Notes under the pieces: generated by a model
What the model saw: the letters and a program-made list of their open reading frames with translations, nothing else
Told to the model about the DNA's origin: nothing
Database searches by the model: none
Shown: positions 1 through 6,795 of the stretch, one piece after another
Numbering within the stretch: the first letter of the stretch is position 1
Layout: every line of letters starts with the position of its first letter
Origin: Candidatus Aegiribacteria sp.
GTDB taxonomy: Bacteria; Fermentibacterota; Fermentibacteria; Fermentibacterales; JCC-6
Length of the DNA: 13,150 nucleotides
Direction: 5' to 3'
Assembly: GCA_046498225.1 (NCBI GenBank)
Contig: JAWOBF010000044.1
Location: 1-13,150 of the forward strand
Position numbers and translations under genes: made by a program

Positions 1-611
1 TCAACGGCCCTTCCGCTGAACATCCTTCCCGTCCGTTCCAGTCCGTCCAGCCTCTCTGCGGTCCAGCCGGAATCATCGTCCAGGAGCATGGACATCCGCG
101 CCAGCCTCTGGACGAAATCCCTCAATTCCTCCACCCCTCCCATGGCCGAAGCAAGTTTCTCCCCGGCGGTATCCGGCCTGTCGGCGTACATCTGTGCCAG
201 TTCCGTATTGCCCATTATTCGGGCCAGCAGGTTGTTCATGTTGTGCACGAAGAACGGCAGAAGAGCGCCCGCGCTCTGCCACAGCGGCAGCCGGAGCGCG
301 GCGTCGCCTCTCTCCAGCATCGCGAAGGAGTGGAACATGCCGGGAAGGATCTGAAGGCCCGAATCGCCGGTCCGAATGAAGACCGAGACACCGGGGGGCG
401 GGAATCGGGGAACGAAATCCGCCACCGCCACGACGGGACGTCCGGCCGTCCCGGACGAGAGGCTGGCAAGTTCGTCGGGGTCGGAGGGAAACATGACAAC
501 CGGTCCCTCAGCGGACTCCGCCCTTGCAGAAACCGCCGGGGCGGCGCTTCCGACGACCCGGGTCCCGGGGGGGACAGAAACGGCCGGCCCTTCCCCCGGC
601 AACTTATTCAC
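1..611 (-). CDS. Histidine-kinase-like protein (HisKA/DHp helix, possible degenerate N-terminal receiver-like region); 3' end beyond the window edge
   Basis: Manual translation from GTG at 611 is open to position 1: MNKLPGEGPAVSV...GALLPFFVHNMNNLLARIMGNTELAQMY...; this matches the HDFNNLLxxIxGxxEL H-box of NtrB/CckA-type kinases. The start overlaps the pcm stop by 8 bp (GTGAATAA). The exact start is uncertain. Confidence 0.7.
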   Translation of the reverse strand, partial: MNKLPGEGPAVSVPPGTRVVGSAAPAVSARAESAEGPVVMFPSDPDELASLSSGTAGRPVVAVADFVPRFPPPGVSVFIRTGDSGLQILPGMFHSFAMLERGDAALRLPLWQSAGALLPFFVHNMNNLLARIMGNTELAQMYADRPDTAGEKLASAMGGVEELRDFVQRLARMSMLLDDDSGWTAERLDGLERTGRMFSGRAV

Positions 612-1260
612 CCCCCGGTTTCACCAGAGGAACGAACCTCACCGGAAGGGATCTCCTGACCGTCAGCCTGTCGCCCTCCCTCACTATGAGCATGAGACTC
701 TGAGACCAGTGGCCGGCGGGAATGACCAGCTTGCCTCCCCGGGGACTGAGCTGGGCTTCCAGCTCCTTCGGGACGGAAACGGGGGCGGCGGAAACGATTA
801 TGCCGTCGTAGGGGGCCCCGGGAGGCCAGCCGCCGTAGCCGTCGGCCACTATGAACGACACGTTTGCCTCCGGCATCAGGTCAAGCACCGCCTTTTTCGC
901 TCTGCGCGCCAGGCGGGCCACCACCTCCACGGTAACCACCTCCAGTCCCATGGCGGCCAGTATGGCGGTCTGGTACCCGGAACCGGTTCCCACTTCCAGC
1001 ACCCGGTCACCCGGGGAGCAACCCAGCATCTCCACCATGTACGCCACTATGAAAGGCTGGGAGATGGTCTGGCCGAATCCGATGGGATAGGGGTGATTTC
1101 CGTACACCTCCCTCAGGCCGGTCCCTTCCGGTACGAAATTCTCCCGGGGGACGGACCTGAAAGCCTCCAGGACCCCGGGGTCCGTCACACCCTGTCCGGC
1201 AATGTCCTCCCGAACCATCCTCTCTCTCAGATCTTTCGCGCTTCTTCCGCTGTCAATCAT
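604..1260 (-). CDS. pcm: Protein-L-isoaspartate(D-aspartate) O-methyltransferase
   Basis: Motifs VPRENFVP, PIGFGQTISQP, VLEVGTGSGYQTA, APYDGIIVSAA, VRFVPL. Confidence 0.97.
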   Translation of the reverse strand: MIDSGRSAKDLRERMVREDIAGQGVTDPGVLEAFRSVPRENFVPEGTGLREVYGNHPYPIGFGQTISQPFIVAYMVEMLGCSPGDRVLEVGTGSGYQTAILAAMGLEVVTVEVVARLARRAKKAVLDLMPEANVSFIVADGYGGWPPGAPYDGIIVSAAPVSVPKELEAQLSPRGGKLVIPAGHWSQSLMLIVREGDRLTVRRSLPVRFVPLVKPGGE

Positions 1261-2578
1261 CGTCGCCTTCGTTCCTGGCTCTTATCCTCGTTCTCTTCCA
1301 CTCCGCAAGTTTCCTGGAGATGGCAGCCTCCCTTCCGGATTCCGAGGGTCTGTAATACTCCTCTTCCTCCATACCGTCGGGAAAGTTCCCGTGGGCGACT
1401 ATCCCGCCGGGCATGCTGTGCGCGTACTGGTATCCCTTCCCGTAGTCCATATCCCTCATCAGAGCCGTGGGAGCGTTGCGAAGGTGGAGGGGGACCGGCC
1501 GGCTGCCGCCCCGCTCCGCCGCGTTCACGGCCTTTTTCCATGCAGTGTAAACGGAATTCGACTTGGGCGCAAGAGCCAGGTAGCAGGCCGCCTCCGCCAG
1601 TGCCAGGTCGCCTTCCGGCGACCCCAGGAACCTCCAGGAGTCCGCGGCCCTCATGGCCACGGTCAGGGCCGACGGGTCGGCCAGACCCACGTCTTCTGTG
1701 GCGAAACGTATCATTCGTCTCGCGATGTAAAGGGGATTCTCCCCGGATACCATCATCCGCGCCAGCCAGTAGAGGGACGCGTCAACATCGCTCGCGCGGA
1801 GGGATTTGTGCAGCGCGCTGATGAGATTGTAATGCTCCTCGCCGGTCTTGTCGTAGCTCAGGGGAGAGGAGGTGAGAACATCCCGCAGAAGCTGGAGGGT
1901 GATTGTTCCTCCCGAGGCCATGCCCGCCAGAAGCTCCAGTGTATTGAGGGCCCTTCTGCCGTCACCGTCGGCGGAAGCGGCTATACGGGGTATGACCTCG
2001 TCGCTGACACCCCCGGGGTTCATCTCCCTGAAGGCCGGGTGCTCGGAAGCCCTTCTCAGGATCGAAACTATCTGGTCCTCCTCCAGCCTCTTCAGGAGGT
2101 AGACGGTGCATCTGCTCAGCAGCGGGGCGATTATTTCGAAGGAGGGATTCTCGGTGGTGGCCCCGGCCAGGGCTATGGTGCCGTTCTCCACATGGGGCAG
2201 GAAAGCGTCCTGCTGGGCCTTGTTGAACCTGTGTATCTCGTCCACGAACAGCAGTGTGCTTACCCCGCGCCTTCTGAGCCGCGCGGCGTCCTCCACTATT
2301 GCCCTCACCTGTTTCACCCCTCCGGTGACCGCGCTGAACCTCACGAAGTTCTGGCTGGTGTACTTCGATACCAGGAGAATGAGAGTGGTCTTGCCGGAAC
2401 CCGGAGGTCCCCAGAGTATGAAGGACCCGAGCACTCCCTCCTCCAGGGCCCTGCGAAAGGGGGCGCCTTCGGCCAGAAGGTGTTCCTGGCCGGCTACCTC
2501 CTCCAGGCTTCGTGGCCTGAGCAGGTCCGCCAGGGGAGAATTCGGAGCTTTTTCTTCCAGATCTTCAAGAAGGTCCAT
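1253..2578 (-). CDS. rarA: Replication-associated recombination protein A (RarA/MgsA AAA+ ATPase)
   Basis: PLADLLRP, Walker A GPPGSGKTT, Walker B LFVDEIHRFNKAQQD, GATTENPSF, HYNLISALHKS, EDVGLADP, PKSNS, VPLHLRNAPT. Confidence 0.97.
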   Translation of the reverse strand: MDLLEDLEEKAPNSPLADLLRPRSLEEVAGQEHLLAEGAPFRRALEEGVLGSFILWGPPGSGKTTLILLVSKYTSQNFVRFSAVTGGVKQVRAIVEDAARLRRRGVSTLLFVDEIHRFNKAQQDAFLPHVENGTIALAGATTENPSFEIIAPLLSRCTVYLLKRLEEDQIVSILRRASEHPAFREMNPGGVSDEVIPRIAASADGDGRRALNTLELLAGMASGGTITLQLLRDVLTSSPLSYDKTGEEHYNLISALHKSLRASDVDASLYWLARMMVSGENPLYIARRMIRFATEDVGLADPSALTVAMRAADSWRFLGSPEGDLALAEAACYLALAPKSNSVYTAWKKAVNAAERGGSRPVPLHLRNAPTALMRDMDYGKGYQYAHSMPGGIVAHGNFPDGMEEEEYYRPSESGREAAISRKLAEWKRTRIRARNEGDDD

Positions 2579-2652
2579 TTACCAGGATAATAAACCATCC
2601 GCGGTACCAAGGAAAGGGCGGCGGCCGGGTAAAGAACACCGAATGAGCCGGT

Positions 2653-2688
2653 GAAAACAGGAATGCCCGGCCATCCGGCCGGGCATTC
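2653..2688 (-). terminator. Probable intrinsic terminator downstream of the lipoprotein gene
   Basis: Perfect 12-bp stem GAATGCCCGGCC (2661-2672) / GGCCGGGCATTC (2677-2688) with a 4-nt loop, followed on the minus strand by CTGTTTTC, 17 nt after the lipoprotein stop. Confidence 0.75.
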
Positions 2689-2705
2689 ACGGGAAGCCGG
2701 GGGAG

Positions 2706-3752
2706 TTACCGGTTCATTCCTCCCATCTGCTGTTCCATTCCCTGAAGCATCATCATGGCCTGAATGGTCTGGGCGGGAGCGCCGGGAAGAAGGTCCTGGG
2801 CGCCGCTGAAACCGAAGCCCTTGACCTCTATGAAGTGGGTTTCCCCGTCGCCGGAGGCTTCCGCGTAGGCCAGGGGGACCAGGGGAAGGTCCGAGGAGAA
2901 AACAACCCTCAGACTGCCATCGGGATGGTCCACGTTGAGTTCCATTCCGCCTACCCGCTGGCCGGCCACGTCCATATCGGTCTCCGAGAAGGCGAAGTTG
3001 ACGTTCTCGAGTTCCTCCATGATAGTGTTGAGGCCTTCCTGGCCGCCCTCGGCGTCGAAGCCCTGGGTGAATCCCTCCTGGAACTGCTCCTGGAAGGCGG
3101 GGTCCTGCATCATTTCCTCGAGCCAGTCGGCGACTCCCGCGAGGTCGACGGCCATCACGGTTCCCTGCTGCTCGAACTTCACCATGCGGATGGCGCGGAC
3201 GAATTGAAGGGCGGTTTCCATGCTCTCCCCGCTGCCCATGAGACTGGCCATTCCCTCGGCGTCGGACATGTTTTCACGGATGAAGGAGACAGGGTCGGCG
3301 GCGAAATCGCCGAACTGCTCCTCGTAACCGGCCATCGCCAGTTCTATCCCCTCGGGATCAACCAGGAGCTGGCCGACGAAGTCGTCGACGCTCAGCTGTA
3401 CCCAGTAGCATTCCGTACCCTGGTTGACCTCGGATCCCACCACGGATACCCTGAGGGTCTGGGCCATGTCGTCGGCGCCGAACTCTATCCACTGACCCAC
3501 GGCCATTGCGGGTGTGGAGAGATCGAAATCCCCCATGGGCGCTACGCGTCGCTCCTGCGACCCGTCTTCATCGGAGAGGTCGCCGGCTTCCTCGCCGTCG
3601 CCTTCCTCGATTGCCTCTCCGGCATCCTCTTCCACCGTCTCTCCGTTACCTTCATCCATCGCCTCACCGGCTGCTCCCTCTTCGGCCTGGTCGCCGCATC
3701 CGAAGAATGCGATACCGAGGAGCATCATGGATATGAGAAAAATCCTGTACAT
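2706..3752 (-). CDS. Hypothetical acidic lipoprotein
   Basis: Signal peptide with lipobox AFFG-C19, an E/D/G-rich low-complexity tether, then a globular region. Purine-rich SD (GGAAAGGAAGGAAC) before the ATG; it has its own promoter and terminator. Confidence 0.85.
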   Translation of the reverse strand: MYRIFLISMMLLGIAFFGCGDQAEEGAAGEAMDEGNGETVEEDAGEAIEEGDGEEAGDLSDEDGSQERRVAPMGDFDLSTPAMAVGQWIEFGADDMAQTLRVSVVGSEVNQGTECYWVQLSVDDFVGQLLVDPEGIELAMAGYEEQFGDFAADPVSFIRENMSDAEGMASLMGSGESMETALQFVRAIRMVKFEQQGTVMAVDLAGVADWLEEMMQDPAFQEQFQEGFTQGFDAEGGQEGLNTIMEELENVNFAFSETDMDVAGQRVGGMELNVDHPDGSLRVVFSSDLPLVPLAYAEASGDGETHFIEVKGFGFSGAQDLLPGAPAQTIQAMMMLQGMEQQMGGMNR

Positions 3753-3810
3753 GTTCCTTCCTTTCCGCTTTCGTGTTGACGTTATCAGAATCTCCGCGTC
3801 AATGGCACAG

Positions 3811-3839
3811 ATTATGCGAAATCAGCGCCGTACGGTCAA
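3811..3839 (-). promoter_or_regulatory. Sigma70-type promoter for the lipoprotein gene
   Basis: TTGACC (3839-3834) - 17 bp - CATAAT (3816-3811), immediately after the apt stop. Confidence 0.65.
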
Positions 3840-4382
3840 TTATTTCTCTTCCTGAACCCGGATAAGGCTTACGTGGCTCACACCCCTGTCGTTCAGCCTC
3901 TCCCCTCCTCCGAGGAACTCGAGGTCCACCACGAAACCGGCTCCCGCCACTTCGCAGCCGTCCATCTCTATCAGTTCCGCCGCCGCGACGGCGGTGCCGC
4001 CGGTAGCTATCAGGTCATCGACTATGAGGACACGGGTCCCCTTCGGCAGGGAATCCCTGTGCATCTCCACGGTGCTGGACCCGTACTCCAGCGAGTACTC
4101 ACAGCTGACGGTCTCTGCCGGCAGTTTCCCCGGTTTGCGGATAAGCACCAGCGGAAGGTCCTTCTGTGAGGCTATCAGCGAACCGAATATGAAACCCCTG
4201 GACTCTACGGCTGCGACCGCCTGGTAGTCGAAGCCGCCGCAGGCATTGATCAGATGGGTCGCGGTGTCCCTCAGGGCCCCGGGATGGGTGAGCAGCGTGG
4301 TGATGTCCTTGAACACGACTCCCTCTATGGGAAAATCGGGAACGTCCCTTATCTGCTTTTCAAGATCCTCAACGCTGTGCAT
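3840..4382 (-). CDS. apt: Adenine phosphoribosyltransferase
   Basis: IRDVPDFP..GVVFKDITTLL, ESRGFIFG, RKPGKLP, YSLEYG, PRPP-binding motif VLIVDDLIATGGT. Confidence 0.97.
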   Translation of the reverse strand: MHSVEDLEKQIRDVPDFPIEGVVFKDITTLLTHPGALRDTATHLINACGGFDYQAVAAVESRGFIFGSLIASQKDLPLVLIRKPGKLPAETVSCEYSLEYGSSTVEMHRDSLPKGTRVLIVDDLIATGGTAVAAAELIEMDGCEVAGAGFVVDLEFLGGGERLNDRGVSHVSLIRVQEEK

Positions 4383-4842
4383 CGGTATCTCCAGTTCTAT
4401 CGTTTATGAACCTGATGGCTTCCTCCGGGGATTCAACTTCCGCCACTCCGGGAATCCCGGACCATCCGCCCATGGCGCATACCGGTCTTCCCGCCTGAAG
4501 CGCGAAAGCTATCTCCGACAGGGTTCCGTAGCGTCCCCCAACGGCTACCATGGCCATTCCGGAGAGGGCGATTATCCTGTTCCTGGATGTACCCATTCCC
4601 GTAGCTATTACGGTTTCCACATACCTGTTCGCTCCCATGGGGTCCTCCCCCGGGAGAATGCCGATGGTTCGCCCGCCTGCCTCGGCGGCGCCGCGGCAGA
4701 CGGCTTCCATCACACCGCTTCCGCCTCCGCACACAACGGTGAAACCGCCCCCGGCCAGAAGGCCGCCCAGGGTCTCCGCCCGCGAATACTCCTCCGGAGA
4801 GGCGTCCGTGCCGCCTACCACGGATATGAGCCTGTTTCTGAT
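4369..4842 (-). CDS. TIGR00725 / LOG-family Rossmann-fold nucleotide-binding protein
   Basis: VVCGGGSGVMEAVCRGA, TIGILPG, TGMGTSRN, VGGRYGTLSEIAFAL. The ORF track starts at GTG 4821; the frame extends upstream to ATC 4842 behind a GGAGG SD (see findings). Confidence 0.9.
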   Translation of the reverse strand: MRNRLISVVGGTDASPEEYSRAETLGGLLAGGGFTVVCGGGSGVMEAVCRGAAEAGGRTIGILPGEDPMGANRYVETVIATGMGTSRNRIIALSGMAMVAVGGRYGTLSEIAFALQAGRPVCAMGGWSGIPGVAEVESPEEAIRFINDRTGDTDAQR

Positions 4843-4868
4843 AAGTCCCTCCGTCTGAGATAGATGAA

Positions 4869-4946
<78 letters not shown>

Positions 4947-4966
4947 ACTATTCCATCTGCCAGGCA

Positions 4967-4995
4967 AATTTACTATCAAAGGGCCCCGAATGCAA
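4967..4995 (-). promoter_or_regulatory. Sigma70-type promoter for tRNA-Pro(CGG)-LOG-apt
   Basis: TTGCAT (4995-4990) - 17 bp - TAAATT (4972-4967), followed by GC-rich TGCCTGGC, about 20 nt upstream of the tRNA. Confidence 0.65.
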
Positions 4996-5005
4996 CTTTT
5001 CGGCT

Positions 5006-5527
5006 CTAACCGCGCCTTACCAGGAAACCTATGCCCGCCAGCGTCCCCGACATGATAAGGGTCACAAGGATACCGGCGATGGCCACACCGAGGGCTATGG
5101 CCGGCAGGGCCAGCCTTCTGGGAATGCCGAAGAGGAAAGCGGCCAGCGACCCGGTCCAGGCGCCGGTTACAGGAAGGGGAATGGCCACGAACAGCGTCAG
5201 CCCCAGGGCCTCGTACTTCTCTATCTTGGACCCGGCCCTTCTCCTGGTCCTGTCGAAGAGCCTCCGGAAGAACCTGTCGAAGAAGGCCCACCTCCTGAGG
5301 AACCTCGTAACCGGTTCCAGGAACCACAGAAGTATGGGGACCGGCAGCAGGTTCCCGGCCAGGGCGAGCAGGTAGATCTTCCACCAGGGCCAGACCCATG
5401 ACCCGCTCATTACCGTCCATGCCATTGGAATGCTTCCCCGCAGTTCGGTCAGGGGAAAAGCTGAAAGCACCATCATCTGCACTTCGCCGGGTATCCCGGA
5501 AAGCCAGTTCAGAAGGATCTCGCCCAT
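5006..5527 (-). CDS. COG2426 / putative small multidrug export family membrane protein
   Basis: LSAFPLTELRGSIP, GNLLPVP, LFVAIPLPVTGAWTGSLAA motifs with several TM segments. Likely true start is ATG 5527 (SD GAAGGG); the longer ORF-track version runs through the tRNA. Confidence 0.9.
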   Translation of the reverse strand: MGEILLNWLSGIPGEVQMMVLSAFPLTELRGSIPMAWTVMSGSWVWPWWKIYLLALAGNLLPVPILLWFLEPVTRFLRRWAFFDRFFRRLFDRTRRRAGSKIEKYEALGLTLFVAIPLPVTGAWTGSLAAFLFGIPRRLALPAIALGVAIAGILVTLIMSGTLAGIGFLVRRG

Positions 5528-5559
5528 GGGTCCCTTCGGTGGAGGATCTATAAAGAGAG

Positions 5560-5636
5560 TGGTCGGGGCGACTGGATTCGAACCAGCGACCACTTGAACC
5601 CCATTCAAGTGCGCTACCGGACTGCGCCACGCCCCG
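5560..5636 (-). tRNA. tRNA-Pro (anticodon GGG)
   Basis: CGGGGCGTGGCGCAGTCCGGTAGCGCACTTGA-ATGGGGT-TCAAGTGGTCGCTGGTTCGAATCCAGTCGCCCCGACCA; cloverleaf with encoded CCA. Confidence 0.97.
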
Positions 5637-5648
5637 ACCGAGGAAGCA

Positions 5649-5677
5649 AAATTACCCTCAATCCTCCTGTTTGTCAA
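5649..5677 (-). promoter_or_regulatory. Sigma70-type promoter for tRNA-Pro(GGG), with its -35 inside the 3' end of the MerR gene
   Basis: Consensus TTGACA (5677-5672) - 17 bp - TAATTT (5654-5649), 12 nt upstream of the tRNA 5' end. Confidence 0.7.
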
Positions 5678-6038
5678 CCGCCATGGGGTCGCGGTCCAGC
5701 ATGGCGATTATTCGGGTTATCTCCTTCCTTATGAATTCCATGTTCTCAGCTGATATGGCGGTGGTTCCCAGCTCCAGCTCCATCTGCTGCTCGAGGTCAT
5801 CCATCTCCTCTATCTTCTGCCTGGCCCCGTCGATGGTGTACCTTTCCTGGTAGAGGAGCCTGCTTATCAGCTTGATGAGCCCGATGTCCTCCTGTTTGTA
5901 GACCCTGTTGCCCGACTGGTTCTTGGAAGGTTTCAGCATCGGGAACGCGGTCTCCCAGTATCTGAGGACATGGGGTTTCAGGCCGGTCATGCCGCACACC
6001 TCGCTGATGGAATAGTACAGTTTCCCGTTGCTGTCCAT
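5658..6038 (-). CDS. MerR-family HTH transcriptional regulator (subtype usually linked to ihfA and tRNA-Pro)
   Basis: [41 protein letters not shown]...[12 protein letters not shown]; no C-terminal metal-binding Cys. Confidence 0.92.
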   Translation of the reverse strand: MDSNGKLYYSISEVCGMTGLKPHVLRYWETAFPMLKPSKNQSGNRVYKQEDIGLIKLISRLLYQERYTIDGARQKIEEMDDLEQQMELELGTTAISAENMEFIRKEITRIIAMLDRDPMAVDKQED

Positions 6039-6039
6039 C

Positions 6040-6783
6040 TCATCCCCCCCGGCGTCTCAGGGTCTTGGTCAGCCGGCTGAACGCCCTCTGTATGGGAGGC
6101 TTTTCCGCGTCCTTCCTGTCCTCTATCCTTCTGCGCATGTTCAGGGCTCCCTCATGTTTCGCGTTCCACCCCAGTGCTTCCCTGAGAGCCTTCTCCGCGA
6201 GCACCAGCTGACCGGCCTCGAGGTAGATGGCCGCAAGCTCCACGAAATTGTCGGGTTCATGGTACTCCACCCTGCATACCACCTTCATGTGATTGACCGC
6301 CTCATGGTACCTTTTCCGTCCCATGGCGGCCGAGGCCAGGGCCCTTCTGAGGCGGGGACTGTCCGAGTGGGTTTTCAGGTACTTCTCCAGAAGCCGGGTG
6401 GCCTCCCAGAAATTTCCCTTCTCGCACAGGCGGGACGCCTCGCGCACGTCCCGCCTGAGCTTCGCGTCCAGAAGACGCATGTCCTGAGCTGGAGTGTCCG
6501 CCTTGCGGACCTGTTCGGGCTTTGGCTTTGCCTCCTCGTCCACGGCATCCGGGTCGATTCCGATGGACCTGTCGTACTCTTCCCTTTCCGCCGGCTTGGA
6601 CAGTATGCGGTAAGCCTCGTTGACCGCCATGTACCTGCTGGTCAGCTCCGGGTCGTCCCCGGTAATGTCCGGGTGGAGCTTTCGGGCCAGTTCGTGGTAG
6701 GCGTCCTCTATCTCCTCCTGCGAAGCGCGGTAGTCCACCCCCAGAACCTGGTAGAAGTCCCCGCCCTTCCCCTCGCCGGTCAA
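6040..6783 (-). CDS. J-domain (DnaJ class C) protein with C-terminal TPR repeats
   Basis: DFYQVLGV...AYHELARKLHPD...VNEAYRILS...REEYD J-domain with intact HPD; TPR-like helices (YHEAVNHMKVV..EPDNFVELAAIYLEAGQLVLAEKALREAL). TTG start with SD GAGGGG. Confidence 0.9.
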   Translation of the reverse strand: MTGEGKGGDFYQVLGVDYRASQEEIEDAYHELARKLHPDITGDDPELTSRYMAVNEAYRILSKPAEREEYDRSIGIDPDAVDEEAKPKPEQVRKADTPAQDMRLLDAKLRRDVREASRLCEKGNFWEATRLLEKYLKTHSDSPRLRRALASAAMGRKRYHEAVNHMKVVCRVEYHEPDNFVELAAIYLEAGQLVLAEKALREALGWNAKHEGALNMRRRIEDRKDAEKPPIQRAFSRLTKTLRRRGG

Positions 6784-6795
6784 CGGAGTCCCCTC

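Noticed and set aside
376..2590. Long plus-strand ORFs 376..1821 and 1202..2590
   Set aside because: Antisense shadows of pcm and rarA in GC-rich DNA with no recognisable motifs
3560..3695. Repetitive-looking DNA in the lipoprotein 5' region
   Set aside because: Reflects low-complexity E/G/D/A codons, not a regular tandem repeat or CRISPR array
5528..5677. N-terminal extension of the COG2426 ORF to 5677, and ORF 4923..5630
   Set aside because: Both translate through tRNA genes, and the TTG at 5677 is the -35 hexamer of the tRNA promoter
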